64,000 nucleotides of DNA, from NCBI GenBank assembly GCA_964016885.1, contig OZ024766.1, positions 1,984,001 through 2,048,000 on the forward strand. Reading direction: 5' to 3'. The notes below the pieces were generated by a model. It did no database searches and had not been told where the DNA came from. It saw nothing but the letters and a program-made list of their open reading frames with translations. The translations under genes were made by a program, and so were the position numbers. This document shows, piece after piece, positions 37,592 to 53,342 of this stretch. This DNA is from Eledone cirrhosa. Its lineage: Eukaryota. Position 1 is the first letter of the stretch, and each line of letters opens with the position of its first letter.

Positions 37592-38731
37592 ACTAGGGCT
37601 ATAACACCCCACTTGCCGATTTTGCAATGGGTAACCCCTGCTTGCCAAGGGAGACGTAAGATCTTCTTTGTATTCTTTTATCGCTTCCTTTATTTCCTTC
37701 CTTCCCCCCCCCTCTCTCCTTAGTCCTTCTACCCCAGCTCTTCTCCTTTGTCGGCGTCTTTTCTCGCCCACCCGAGGCTGCCCTTTGGCCCCTTGTAGCC
37801 TTTGTACCCCCACCCCCTCCCCTAGTCTAGGATAGATTTGGCGGACTCCGCCCTTTATAGCAGTTGGTTTAGACCCCGGATACTTGTCCCCTTTTCCCGA
37901 CCGCTCCCACTATTCTCTGTGCCCTCTATATTTCTTAGTGGCACTTATGCCTTATTTTTTCGCTTCAGTATTTCTTTCTTCGCTTTTCTTTTGGGCGGGG
38001 TGGATTCTGAATTTATTCTTCCGTATTCTACCTTTACTTCGTACGAACTTTCATTGTTTTAGATCTTTTAGAGTTAGCATTAGTATATATTTTTCTCGGG
38101 ACTCAGAATTATTATCTCGTATTAGTTCACTTTGCTGAACTGGGTGGTTGCTGGAATTGTGCCCGGGATGGAAACCTTTATTGTTTATTTCGTGGTAGTC
38201 TCTTTAGTATTTTGGCCCCTTTTGTTGACCCGTCACCGTATCATTTACGTACTTATACCTCTTAAAAGGGTCCTCGCCTAATCCGTCCCACCTAGTTCTT
38301 TTACTTATTTCGTTATTTCTTTATTTCTTTCTTTACTTCTTTCTTTCTTTCTTTCTTTATTTATTTATTCTAGCCTAACAATAGCCTGAGACCTAGGTCG
38401 TAGAATTTAATTTACTTTACTTTTTTCTTTACACTCATTTGTTTTTCTTTACACTTATTTGCTTTTCTTCACTCTCAGTATTTTTTCTTTCCTATATATT
38501 TCTACCCCCCATTGTTCTACCTACCGTTCCGACTTCCTCCCCCTCCCCCTCCCCTGTATCTTCTTTGACCTCATGCCCAGCTGTAGCTGGCACTACAAAC
38601 GCTTGATTGGGGCTACTCCACCCCCTCCCCTCTTTCTCCTACTGGCAGGTTTAGCCACCATCTCCCCTACTAATTTGCAATCACAGAATTACTACTGATT
38701 TTTGAAAATCACTTTGACCATATATGGAATT

Positions 38732-38825
38732 ACCCCTTGAGAAGATCGGCTATTTAAATACCAGGATAAATTTTCATTTAGTCCAGAATTAGCCGTCGAA
38801 ACGGCTTGAGCTCAGCTGTCGGGGT
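38732..38825 (+). ncRNA. Type I hammerhead ribozyme with U3-A8 variant core
   Basis: Stem I ACCCC/GGGGT; core TTGAGAA; stem II GA(T)CGGCTA/TAGCCGTC; GAAA; stem III ACGGC/GCTGT with TGAGCTCA palindrome; GUC cleavage after 38820. Confidence 0.82.
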
Positions 38826-38959
38826 CTTACTGGTTCCTATTACCCACTCTACTACCTCAAGTATTGAGTACTTTGGTGCGTTATGGTCCACCTGGTTCCT
38901 TACCACATTTCCTTCGTTATATATATATATATATGTGTGTGTGTATGTGTATATATATG

Positions 38960-38992
<33 letters not shown>

Positions 38993-39354
38993 GTGTGTGT
39001 ATGTGTATATATATATATATATGTGTGTGTATATATATATATTTATATATGTGTGTGTATGTGTATATATATATATATGTGTGTGTATGTGTATATATAT
39101 ATATATGTGTGTGTGTATGTGTGTATATATATATATATGTGTGTTTGGGTGTGTATATGTATATATATATATATATGTGTGTATGTGTATATATATATAT
39201 ATGTGTGTGTGTGTGTATGTGTATATATTTATATATGTGTGTGTATGTGTATATATATATGTGTGTGTATGTGTGTATATATATATGTGTGGGTGTGTAT
39301 ATGTGTATATATGTATATATATATGTGTGTGTGTGTATATGTGTATATGTGTGG

Positions 39355-39404
<50 letters not shown>

Positions 39405-39525
39405 ATGTGTATATATTTATATGTGTGTGTATGTGTATATATATATATATGTGTGTGTGTGTATGTATATATATATATATATATGTGTGTGTGTATGTAT
39501 ATATATATATATATATATATATAGA

Positions 39526-39558
<33 letters not shown>

Positions 39559-39579
39559 GTGTGTGTATATATATATTTT

Positions 39580-39960
39580 TATACTAGGGGAGGGTCATAT
39601 AGTTGTAATAATGTTGCCAGAAATAATAACAGAACACACTCACTGTTTGGTTGGTTTTCACTTCTGTATCTTTTATATCTCCATAGTTAATTTATTTGGC
39701 AATCAATGTTTATCATTGACTGACCAACGGTTAAAGATACAGATATAAATAAAAATGGCGTAGGCATTACCATACAATGGAATGAAATATAATAGTTGTT
39801 TCTATTTTTGGCACAAGGCCAGCAATGACCCAGTACATTACTGGTACTTTATTTTATCGACCTCGTAAGGATGAAAAGCGAAGTTAACCTCGATGGGAGG
39901 AAACATAATAGTACCACTGATGATGTCACAGATGTGTGATGAAAGAACTTTGATAGACTA

Positions 39961-39991
<31 letters not shown>

Positions 39992-40200
39992 CTGTATCTT
40001 TAACTGTTGGTCAGTCAATGATAAACATTGATTGCCAAATAAATTAACTATGGAGATATAAAAGATACAGAAGTGAAAACCAACCAAACAGTGAGTGTGT
40101 TCTGTTATTATTTCTGGCAATATTATTATAACACTATGACCCTCCCCAAGTATAACAATATTTGTTTCAACACACGATTTCATATAAAAAATCTTGCAAA
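39580..40200 (+). mobile_element. Inverted-repeat element (~170-bp arms) with one-sided tail; spacer holds a SINE fragment and a degenerate hammerhead motif
   Basis: 39580-39752 is the reverse complement of 39983-40153; CTGATGA-T-GTCACA GATG TGTGAT-GAAA at 39917-39944. Confidence 0.65.
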
Positions 40201-40855
40201 ACAAATATATATAGATAAAGATATATATATAGATAAAGATATATATATAGATAGATATATATATAGATAGATATATAGATAAAGATATATATATAGATAT
40301 ATATATAGATAAAGATATATAGATAGATAGATATATAGATAAAGATATATATATAGATAGATATATATATAGATGAAGATAGATATATATATAGATGAAG
40401 ATATATATATATATAGATAAAGATATATATATATATACATAAAGATATATATATATATATATACATAAAGATATATATATATATATATACATAAAGATAT
40501 ATATATATACATAAAGATATATATATATATATATATAAAGATATATATATATATATAAAGATATATATATATAAAATAATAATACAAGGACGATTTGTTA
40601 AGCCTTCATTACATTTATTGGTTGGTGATGTGCGTTTCGCTATTGATCAGCTCAAGGTTTGATCTGTATTGATCTGGCCTGACTCTGGAATCAATAGCTC
40701 GTCAATAGTGATTACGGGTGTCACCACCCAATAAATGAAATGAAGACCTAACACATCACCCTTTTTTTTGCTGCTGCTGCTGCTGCTGTTGTTGTTGTTG
40801 TTGTAGGACAAGAAATTAGAACACAATAGGCCTGCCCTGGTGGTTGTTGTTGTTG

Positions 40856-40886
<31 letters not shown>

Positions 40887-40894
40887 ATTTACAT

Positions 40895-42552
<1,658 letters not shown>

Positions 42553-42689
42553 GAAGGTAGGTAAGGAATTAATGCTTAAAGAAGAAATCTGCCTACCGGA
42601 GATCCCGACTCAACATTATATAACAGACAGAGAAACATATGTCAGAGAAAATAAATGTTTAATCTCTTCACACCGACGTTTTATTTTTC

Positions 42690-45600
42690 TTTAGTCATTT
42701 TAGTCATTTATGATGCCGCTTTAGCCATTATTGAGTTATTTTCGTCCTTTATGATGCCGTTTTAGCCAATTTAGAGTCATTTTAGTCATTTATGATGCAG
42801 TTTCATCTATTAAAAAGTAATTTTATTCATTTATGATACCGTTTTAGTCATTTTAGCCATTTTAGTGTCCTTTTAGTCATTTATGATGCCGTTTTAGCCA
42901 CTTAAGATTCATTTTAGTCATTTGAAAGTGACTCTAAAATGGCTAAAACGGCATCAGAAATGACTAAAATGACTCTTAAATGGCTAAAACGGCATCATAA
43001 AAGAATAAAATGACTTAAATGGAGAAAACTGCTTTATAAATGACTAAAATTACTCTAAAACTGCTAAAACGGATTCAGAAATGAAGAGAATGACATTAAA
43101 ACGGCATCATGAATGACTAATATGACTCTAAAACGTGCTAAAATTGCATCATAAATGAAGAAAATGAAACTAAAATGGCATCATCAATGACAAAAACGAT
43201 TCTGAAATGGCTAAAACGGCATAAAAATTGGCTAAAAGGGGCACCAAAAATGGCTAAAATCGCTAAAACAGCATCATAAATAACTAAAATAACTCTAAAA
43301 TGTTTAAAACGGCATCATAAATGACTCAAATAACTGTAAATGGCTGAAACAGCATCCCAAATGACTATAATAATTATAAAACTTGCTAAAACTACATCAT
43401 AAATGACTCTAAAACGGCAACATAAATTGATAAATTGGCTAAAACGGCATCATAAATGACTAAAATGACACTAAAATGGCTAAATCGGCATCATAAATGA
43501 AGAAAATGTCACTAAAACAGCATCATAAATGACGAAAATGACTCTAAAAAGAATAAAACGGCGTCATAAATGTCTGAAATGACTATAAAATGGGTAAAAC
43601 GGCATTATAGATTTTAGTCATTTATGATGCCGTTTTAGCCATTTATGGTGTCGTTTTCGCCATTTTAGAGTCATTTATGGTGTCGTTTTCGCCATTTTAG
43701 AGTCATTTATGATGTCGTTTTAGCTATTTTAGAGTCATTTTAGTCATTTATGGTACCGTTTTCGCCATTTTAGAGTCATTTTAGTCATTTATGATGCCGT
43801 TTTAGCTGTTTTAGAGTCACTTTAGTCATTTATGATGCCGTTTTAGAGTCATTTATGGTGCCGTTTTCGCCATTTTCGAGTCATTTCGGTCAGTTATGAT
43901 GCCGTTTAGCCATTTTAGAAGATCAGTTTAGCCATTTATGATGCCGTTTTAGCTATTTTAGAGTCATTTTAGTCATTTATGGTGCCGTTTTCGCCATTTT
44001 AGAGTCATTGTAGTCATTTATGGTGCCGTTTTCACCATTTTAAAGTCATTTTAGTCATTTATGATGCCGATTTAGCTATTTTACAGTCATTTTAGTCATT
44101 TATGATGCCGTTTTAGGTATTTTAGAGTCATTTTAGTAATTTGACTCTAAAATGGCTAAAACGGCATTATAAATGACTAAGACGTCATCATAAATTATTA
44201 AAACGTCATCATAAATGACTAAAATGCATAAAACGGCATCATGAATGACTAAAATGACTCTAAAATCGCGAAAAAAGGCATCATAAATGAGAAAAATGGC
44301 TAAAACGTCATCATAAAGGACTAAAACGTCACCATAAAGGACTAAAATGGCTAAAACGGCATCATAAATGGCTAAAACGGCATCTTAAAGGATTAAATTG
44401 GCTAAAAATGCATCATAAATGAGTAAAATGGCTAAAACGTCATCATATATGACTAAAACGTCACCATAAATGACTACAATGCCTAAAACGTCATCATAAA
44501 AGACTAAAACGTCACCATAAATGACTAAAATAGCTAAAACGGCATCATAAATAACTAAAATGACACTAAAATAGCAAAAATGGCATGATAAATTACTAAA
44601 ATGACTCTAAAATGGCTAAAACGGCATCATAAATGAGTAAAATGGCTAAATCGTCATCATAAATGACTAAAACGTCATCATAAATGACTAAAATGGCTAA
44701 GCAGCATCATAAATGACTAAAATGGCTAAAACGGCATCATAAATGACTAAAATGACTCAAAAATAGCTAAAACGGCATCATAAATGACTAAAACGTCATC
44801 ATAAATGAGTAAAATGGCTAAAACGTCATCATGAATGATTAAAGGTCATCATAAATGACTAAAATAACCCTAAAAGGGCTAAAACGGCATCATGAATGGC
44901 TAAAATGACTCTAAAATTGCGAAAAAAGCATCATAAATGAGTAAAATGGCTAAAACGGCATCATAAATGGCTAAAATGTCTAAGACCGCATCGTAAATCA
45001 TTAAATAGGCTAAAAAGGCATCATAAATGAGTAATATGGCTAAAACGTCATCATATATGACTAAAACGTCATCATGAATGATTAAAAGGTTTCCAAAATG
45101 GCTAAAATGGCATCATAAATGTGTAAAATGACTCTTAAATCAGCTAAAACATCATTATAAATGACTAAAATGGCTAAAACGGCATCAGAAATGACTAGAA
45201 TGACAACAAAATGGAGAAAAACGGCATCATAAATGACTAAAATGTCTCAAAATGGTTAAAACGGCATCTTAAATGACTCAATGACTCTAAAATAGCTAAA
45301 ACGTCATTAGGAATGACTAAAATGGCTCAAACACCATCATAAATGACTAGAATGACTCCAAAATGGCTAAAACGGCATCATGAATGACTAAAATAACTCT
45401 AAAGTGGCTAAAACGTCATTATAAATGACTAAAATGGCTAAAACGGCATCTAAAATGACTCTTAAATAGCTAAAAACGTCATTATAGATTACTAAAATGT
45501 CTAAAACGGCATAATAAATAGCTATTTAAGAGTCATTTTAGTCATTTATGATGCCGTTTTATCCATTTTGGAGTCATTTTAGTCATTTATGATGCCGTTT

Positions 45601-48600
45601 TAGCCATTTTAGTCATTCCTAATGACGTCTTAGCTACTTTAGAGTCATTTGAGTCATTCAATTTGCTGTTTTATCCATTTTGGAGTCATTCTAGTCATTT
45701 ATGATGCCGTTTTAGACATTTTAGTCATTTTAATGACGTTTTAGCTATTTTAGAGTCATTTTAGTCATTCATGATGCCGTTTTTAGCCATTTTGGAGTTT
45801 TTCTAGTCATTTATGTTGCCGTTTTAGCCATTTTAGTCATTTATAAGACGTTTTAGCCACTTTAGAGTCATTTGAGTCATTCATGATGCCGGTTTAGCCA
45901 TTTTGTAGTCATTCTAGTCATTTATGACGCCCTTTTAGCCATTTTATTCATTCCTAATGACGTTTTAGCTATTTAAGAGTCATTTCAGTCATTTAAGATG
46001 CCGTTTCAACCATTTTTGGAGTCATTTTAGTCATTTATGATGCCGTTTTAGCTACTTTGAGTCATTCTTGTGATTTATGATGCAGTTTTAGCCATTTTAG
46101 TCATTTATAATGACGTTTTAACTACTTAAGAGTCATTTTAGTCATTTATGATGCCATTTTATCCATTTGGAGTCACTTTAGTCATTTATGATGCCCGTTT
46201 TAGCCATTTTAGTCATTTCTAATGACGTTTTAGCTATTTTAGAGTCATTTGAGTCATTTAATTTGCCGTTTTAGCCAATTTGGAATCATTCTAGTCATTC
46301 ATGATGTCGTTTTAGCCATTTTAGTCATTGATAATGACGTTTTAGCCACTTTAGAGTCATTTTAGTCATTCATGATGCTGTTTTAGCCAATTTGTAGTCA
46401 TTCTAGTCATTTATGACGCCATTTTAGCCATTTTAGTCATTCCTAATGACGTTTTAGCCATTTTTAGAGTCATTTGAGTCATTTAAGATGCCGTTTTACA
46501 GTTTGGAGTCATTATAGTCATTTATGATGCCGTTTTACCCATTTTAGTCATTGATAATGATGTTTTAGCCACTTTAGAGTCATTTTAGTCATTCATGATG
46601 CTGTTTAGCCAATTTGTAGTCATTCTAGTCATTTATGACGCCATTTTAGCCATTTTAGTCAATCCTAATGACGTTTTAGCCATTTAGAGTCATTTGAGTC
46701 ATTTAAGATGCCGTTTTAACCATTTTGGAGTCATTATAGTCATTTATGATGCCGTTTACCCATTTTAGTCCTTGATAATGATGTTTTAGCCACTTTAGAG
46801 TCATTTTAGTCATTCATGATGCTGTTTTAGCAAATTTGTAGTCATTCTAGTCATTTATGACGCCATTTTAGTCATTCCTAATGACGTTTTAGTCATTTGA
46901 GTCATTTAAGATGCCGTTTTAACCATTTTGGAGTCATTCTAGTCATTTATGATGCAATTTTAGCCATTTTAGTCATTCCTAATGACGTCTTAGCTACTTT
47001 AGAGTCATTTGAGTCATTCAATTTGCTGTTTTAGCATTTTGGAGTCATTCTAGTCATTTATGATGCCGTTTTAGCCATTTAGTTATTTATAAAGACGTTT
47101 TAGCCACTTAGAGTCATTTGAGTCATTCATGATGCCGTTTAGCCATTTTGTAGTCATTCTAGTCATTTATGACGCCGTTTTAGCCATTTTATTCATTCCT
47201 AATGACGTTTTAGCTATTTAAGAGTCATTTCAGTCATTTAAGATGCCGTTTCAACCATTTTGGAGTCATTTTAGTCATTTATGATGCCGTTTTAGCTACT
47301 TTGAGTCATTCTTGTGATTTATGATGCAGTTTTAGCCATTTTAGTCATTTATAATGACGTTTTAGCTACTTAAGAGTCATTTTAGTCATTTATGATGCCA
47401 TTTTATCCATTTTGGAGTCACTTTAGTCATTTATGATGCCGTTTTAGCCATTTTAGTCATTTCTAATGACGTTTTAGCTATTTTAGAGTCATTTGAGTCA
47501 TTTAATTTGCCGTTTTAACCCATTTTGGAATCATTCTAGTAATTCATGATGTCGTTTTAGCCATTTTAGTCATTGATAATGACGTTTTAGCCACTTTAGA
47601 GTCATTTTCGTCATTCATGATGCGGTTTTAGCCAATTTGTAGTCATTCTAGTCTTTTATGACGCCATTCTAGCCATTTTAGTCATTCCTAATGATGTTTT
47701 AGCCATTTTAGAGTCATTGAGTAATTTAAGATGCCGTTTTAACCATTTTGGAGTCCATTCTAGTCATTCATGATGCCGTTTAGCCATTTTAGTAGTTCCT
47801 AATGACGTTTTAGCTATTTTAGAGTCATTTGAGTCATTTAAGATGCCGTTTTAACCATTTTGGAGTCATTCTAGTCATTTATGATGCTGTTTTTACCATT
47901 TTAGTCATTTATAATGACGTTTTAGCTATTTAAGAGTCATTTTAGTCATTTATGATGCCGTTTTATCTATTTGAAGTCATTTTAGTCATTTATGATGCCG
48001 TTTTAGCCATTTTGGAGTCATTCTAGTCATTTATGATGCCGTTTTAGCCATTTTAGTCATTTATAATGTCGTTTTAGCTATTTAAGAGTCATTTTAGTCA
48101 TTTATGATGCGTTTTAACCATTTTAGTCATTTATAATGACGTTTTAGCTATTTAAGTGTCATTTTAGTCATTCATGATGCCGTTTTATCCATTTTGAAGT
48201 CCATTTTAGTCATTTATGATGCCGTTTTAGCCATTTTAGTCATTTCTGATGACGTTTTAGATATTTTAGAGTCATTTGAATCATTTAAGATGCCGTTTTA
48301 ACCATTTTGGAGACATTTTAGTCATTTATGATGCCGTTTTAGCATTTTAGTCATTCCTAATGACGTTTTAGCTATTTAAGAGTCATTTTAGTCATTTATG
48401 ATGCCGTTTTAACCATTTTGGAGTCATTCTAGTCATTCATGATGCCGTTTTAGCAATTTTAGTCATTCCTAATGACGTTTTAGCTATTTTAGAGTCATTT
48501 GAGTCATTTAAGATGACGTTTTAACCATTTTGGAATCATTCTAGTCATTTATGATGCCGTTTTACCCATTTTAGTCATTTATAATGACGTTTGAACTATT

Positions 48601-51600
48601 TAAGAGTCATTTTAGTCATTATGATGACGTTTAAACTATTTAAGAGTCATTTAGTCATTTATGATGCCGTTTTAGCCATTTTAGTCATTTATAATGACGT
48701 TTTAGCTATTTAAGTGTCATTTTAGTCATTTATGATGCCGTTTTATCCATTTTGGAGTCATTTTAGTCGTTTATGATTCCGTTTTAGCCCATTTTAGTAA
48801 TTTATAATGACGTTTTAGCCACTTTAGAGTCATTTTAGTCATTCATGATGCTGTTTTAGCCATTTTGTAGTCATTCTAGTCATTTATGACGCCGTTTTAG
48901 CCATTTTAGTCATTTCTAATGACGTTTTAGCCATTTAGAGTCATTTGAGTAATTTAAGATGCCGTTTTAACCATTTTGGAGACATTTTAGTCATTTATGA
49001 TGCCGTTTTAGTCATTTGGAGTCATTCTAGTCATTTATGATGCCGTTTTAGCCATTTTAGTAATTTATAATGACGTTTTAGCTATTTAAAAGTCATTTCA
49101 GTCATTTATGATGCCGTTTTAGCAATTTTAGTCATTTATAATGACGTTTTAGTTATTTTAGAGTCATTTGAGTCATTTAATTTGCCGTTTTATCCATTTG
49201 GAGTCATTTTAGTTCATTATGATTCCGTTTTAGCCATTTTAGTCATTACTAATGACGTTTTAGCCATTTTAGAGTCATTTGAGTAATATTAGATGCCGTT
49301 TTAACCATTTTGGAGACATTTTAGTCATTTATGATGTCGTTTTAGCCATTTTGAGTCATTCTTGCATATATGATGCAGTTTTAGCCATTTTAGTCATTCA
49401 TTATGCCGTTGTAGCCATTTTGGAGTCATTCTAGTCATTTATGATGCCGTTTTAGCCATTTTAGTCATTTATAATTACGTTTAAGCTATTTAAAAGTCAT
49501 TTCAGTCATTTATGATTGCCGTTTTTAGTCATTTTAGTCATTATAATGACGTTTTTAGCCATTTTGGAGTCATTCTAGTCATTTATGATGCCGTATTGCC
49601 ATTTTAATCATTCCTAATGACGTTTTAGCCTATTTTAGAGCTTTTTGAGTCATTTAAGATGCCGTTTTAACCATTTTGGAGACATTTTAGTCATTTAGGA
49701 TGCCGTTTTAGCCATTTGAGTCATTTATAATGTCGTTTTAGATATTTAAGAGTCATTTTAGTAATTTATGATGCCGTTTTATACATTTTGAAGTCATTTA
49801 ATCATTTATGATGCTGTTTTAGCCATTTTAGTCATTCCTAATGACGTTTTAGATATTTTAGATCATTTGAATCATTAAGATGCCGTTTGAACCATTTTGG
49901 AGACATTTTAGTCATTTATGATGCCGTTTTAGCCATTTTGGAGTCATTCTAGTCATTTAAGATGCAGTTTTAGCCATTTTAGTCATTACTAATGACGTTT
50001 TAGCTATTTAAGAGTCATTTAAGTCATTTATGATTGACGTTTTATCAATTTTGGAGAATTTTAGTCATTCATGATGCCGTTTTAGCCATTTTAGTCATTC
50101 TTAATGACGATTTAGCCATTTTATAGTCATTTGAGTAATTTAAGATGCCGTTTTACGATTTTGAGATATTTAGTCATTTATGATGCCGTTTTAGCCGTTT
50201 TAGTCATTTATAAAGACTCTTTTAGCTATTTAAGGGTCATTTCAGTCATTTATGTTGCCGTTTTAGCCATTTTAGTCATTTATAATGACGTCTTAGTCAT
50301 TTTAGAGTCATTTTAGTCATTTATGATGCCGTTTTAGTTATTTTGGAGTCATTCTAGTCATTTATGATGCCGTTTTTAGCTATTTTAGTGCTTTATAATG
50401 ACGTTTTAGCCACTTTAGAGTCATTTAGTCATTTATGATGCCGTTTAATCCATTTTGGAGTCATTTTAGTCATTTATGATCCCGTTTTAGCCCTTTTAGT
50501 CATTTATAATGACGTTTTAGCTATTTTAGATTCATTTGTGTCATTTATAATTACGTTTTAGCCATTTTAGTCATTTATAATGACGTTTTAGCTATTTAAG
50601 TGTCATTTTAGTCATTTATGATGCCGTTTTAGCCATTTTAGTCATTTATAATGACGTTTTAGCTATTTAAGTGTCATTTTAGTCATTTATGATGCCGTTT
50701 ATCCATTTTTGAGTCATTTTAGTTATTTATGATACCGTTTTAGCCATTTTAGTCATTCCTGATGAAGTTTTAGCCATTTAAGAGTCATTTGAGTAATATA
50801 AGATGCCGTTTTTAACCAGTTTGGAGACTTTTAGTAATTTAGGATGCGTTTTAGCCATTTTGGAGCCATTTTGGAGTGATTCTAGTCATTTATGATGCTG
50901 TTTTAGCCGTTTTTAGTCATTTATAATGTCGTTTTAGCTATTTAAGAGTCATTTTAGTCATTTATGATGCCGTTTTATCCATTTGAAGTCATTTTAGTCA
51001 TTTATGATGCCGTGTTTAGCCATTTTGGAGTCATTCTAGTCATTTATGATGCCGTTTTAGCCATTTTAGTCATTTATAATGTCGTTTTAGCTATTTAAGA
51101 GTCATTTTTAGTCATTTATGATGCCGTTTTAACCATTTTAGTCATTTATAATGACGTTTTAGCTATTTAAGTGTCATTTAGTCATTTATGATGCCGTTTT
51201 ATCCATTTTGAAGTCATTTTAGTCATTTATGATGCCGTTTTAGCCATTTTAGTCATTTCTGATGACGTTTTAGATATTTAGAGTCATTTGAATCATTTAA
51301 GATGCCGTTTTATTAAGATGCCGTTTTAACCATTTTGGAGACATTTTAGTCATTTATGATGCCGTTTTAGCCATTTTGGAGTCATTCTAGTCATTTATGA
51401 TGCCGTTTTAGCCATTTTAGTCATTCCTAATGACGTTTTAGCTATTTAAGAGTCATTTTAGTCATTTATGATGCCGTTTTAACCATTTTGGAATCATTCT
51501 AGTCATTCATGATGCCGTTTTAGCAATTTCAGTCATTCCTAATGACGTTTTAGCTATTTTAGAGTCATTTGAGTCATTTAAGATGACGTTTTAACCATTT

Positions 51601-53142
51601 TGGAATCATTCTAGTCATTTATGATGCCGTTTTACCCATTTTAGTCATTTATAATGACGTTTGAACTATTTAAGAGTCATTTTAGTCATTTATGATGCCG
51701 TTTTAGCCATTTTAGTCATTTATAATGACGTTTTAGCTATTTAAGTGTCATTTTAGTCATTTATGATGCCGTTTTATGCATTTTGGAGTCATTTTAGTCA
51801 TTTATGATTCCGTTTTAGCCATTTTAGTCATTTATAATGACTTTTTAGCCACTTTAGAGTCATTTTAGTCATTCATGATGCTGTTTTAGCCATTTTGTTG
51901 TCATTCTAGTCATTTATGATGCCGTTTTAGCCATTTTAGCCATTTATAATGACGTTTTAGCTATTTAAGAGTCATTTTAGTCATTTATAATGCCGTTTTA
52001 GCCATTTTAGTCATTTATGATGCTATTTTAGCCCTTCTAGACACATTTGAGTCATTCATAATGCCGTTTTACCCATTTTAGTCATTTATAATGACGTTTT
52101 AGCCCCTTTAGAGTCATTGTAGTCATTTATGATCCCGTTTTTGCCATTTTAGTCATTTATAATGACGTTTTAGCCATTTAAGAGTTATTTTCGTCATTTA
52201 TGATGCCATTGTAGCCATTTCAGAGTCATTTTGTTATTTATGATGCCGTTTTCGCCATTTTAGTCATGTATGATGCCGTTTTAGCCTCTTTAGAGACATT
52301 TTAGTCATTTATGATGCCGTTTTAACCATCTTGGAGTCATTCTAGTCATTTATGATGCCGTTTTAGCCATTTTAGCCATTTATAATGACGTTTTAGCTAT
52401 TTAAGAGTCATTTTAGTCATTTATAATGCCGTTTTAGCCATTTTAGTCATTTATGATGCTATTATAGCCCTTCTAGACACATTTGAGTCATTCATAATGC
52501 CGTTTTACCCATTTTAGTCATTTATAATGACGTTTTAGCCCCTTTAGAGTCATTGTAGTCATTTATGATCCCGTTATTGCCATTTTAGTCATTGCTAATG
52601 ACGTTTTAGCTATTTTAGAGTCATTTGATTTATTAAAGATGCTGTTTTAACCATTTTGGAGTCATTTTAGTCATTTCTGATGCTGCTCTAGATATGTTAG
52701 TCATTTATAATGATGTTTTAGCTATTTAAGAGTCATTTTAGTCATTTATGATGCCGTTTTAGCCATTTTAGTCATTCCTAATGACGTTTTAGCTATTTTA
52801 GAGTCATTTGAGTCATTTAATATGACTCTAAACTGGTTAAAACGTTATTATAAATGACTAAAATGGCTTAAACGCCATCATAAATGACTAAAATGGCTCC
52901 AAAATGGATAAAACGGCATCATAAATGACTAAAATGACTCTAAAATGGCTATAACGTCATTATAAAGGACTAAAATGGTTAAAACTGCATCATAAATGAC
53001 TAAAATGACTCTTAAATAACTAAAACGTCATTATAAATGACTAAAATGGCTAAAACGGCATCATGAATGACTAAAATGACTCCAAAATGGATAAAACGGC
53101 ATCATGAAAGACTAAAATGACTCTTAAATAGCTAAAACGTCA
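42690..53142. repeat. AT-rich satellite of 10-11-bp subrepeats (TTTTAGTCAT / TTATGATGCCG / TTTTAGCCAT / TTTAGAGTCAT) with strand switches
   Basis: Continuous array up to the gap; orientation flips near 42925, 43610, 44141, 45520, 52821. Confidence 0.97.
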
Positions 53143-53342
53143 NNNNNNNNNNNNNNNNNNNNNNNNNNNNNNNNNNNNNNNNNNNNNNNNNNNNNNNNNN
53201 NNNNNNNNNNNNNNNNNNNNNNNNNNNNNNNNNNNNNNNNNNNNNNNNNNNNNNNNNNNNNNNNNNNNNNNNNNNNNNNNNNNNNNNNNNNNNNNNNNNN
53301 NNNNNNNNNNNNNNNNNNNNNNNNNNNNNNNNNNNNNNNNNN
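53143..53342. other. Assembly gap (200 N)
   Basis: Run of N. Confidence 1.

Noticed and set aside
42575-42648. GAAAC-ATAT-GTC hammerhead half
   Set aside because: No CUGANGA-like box or stem I found upstream.
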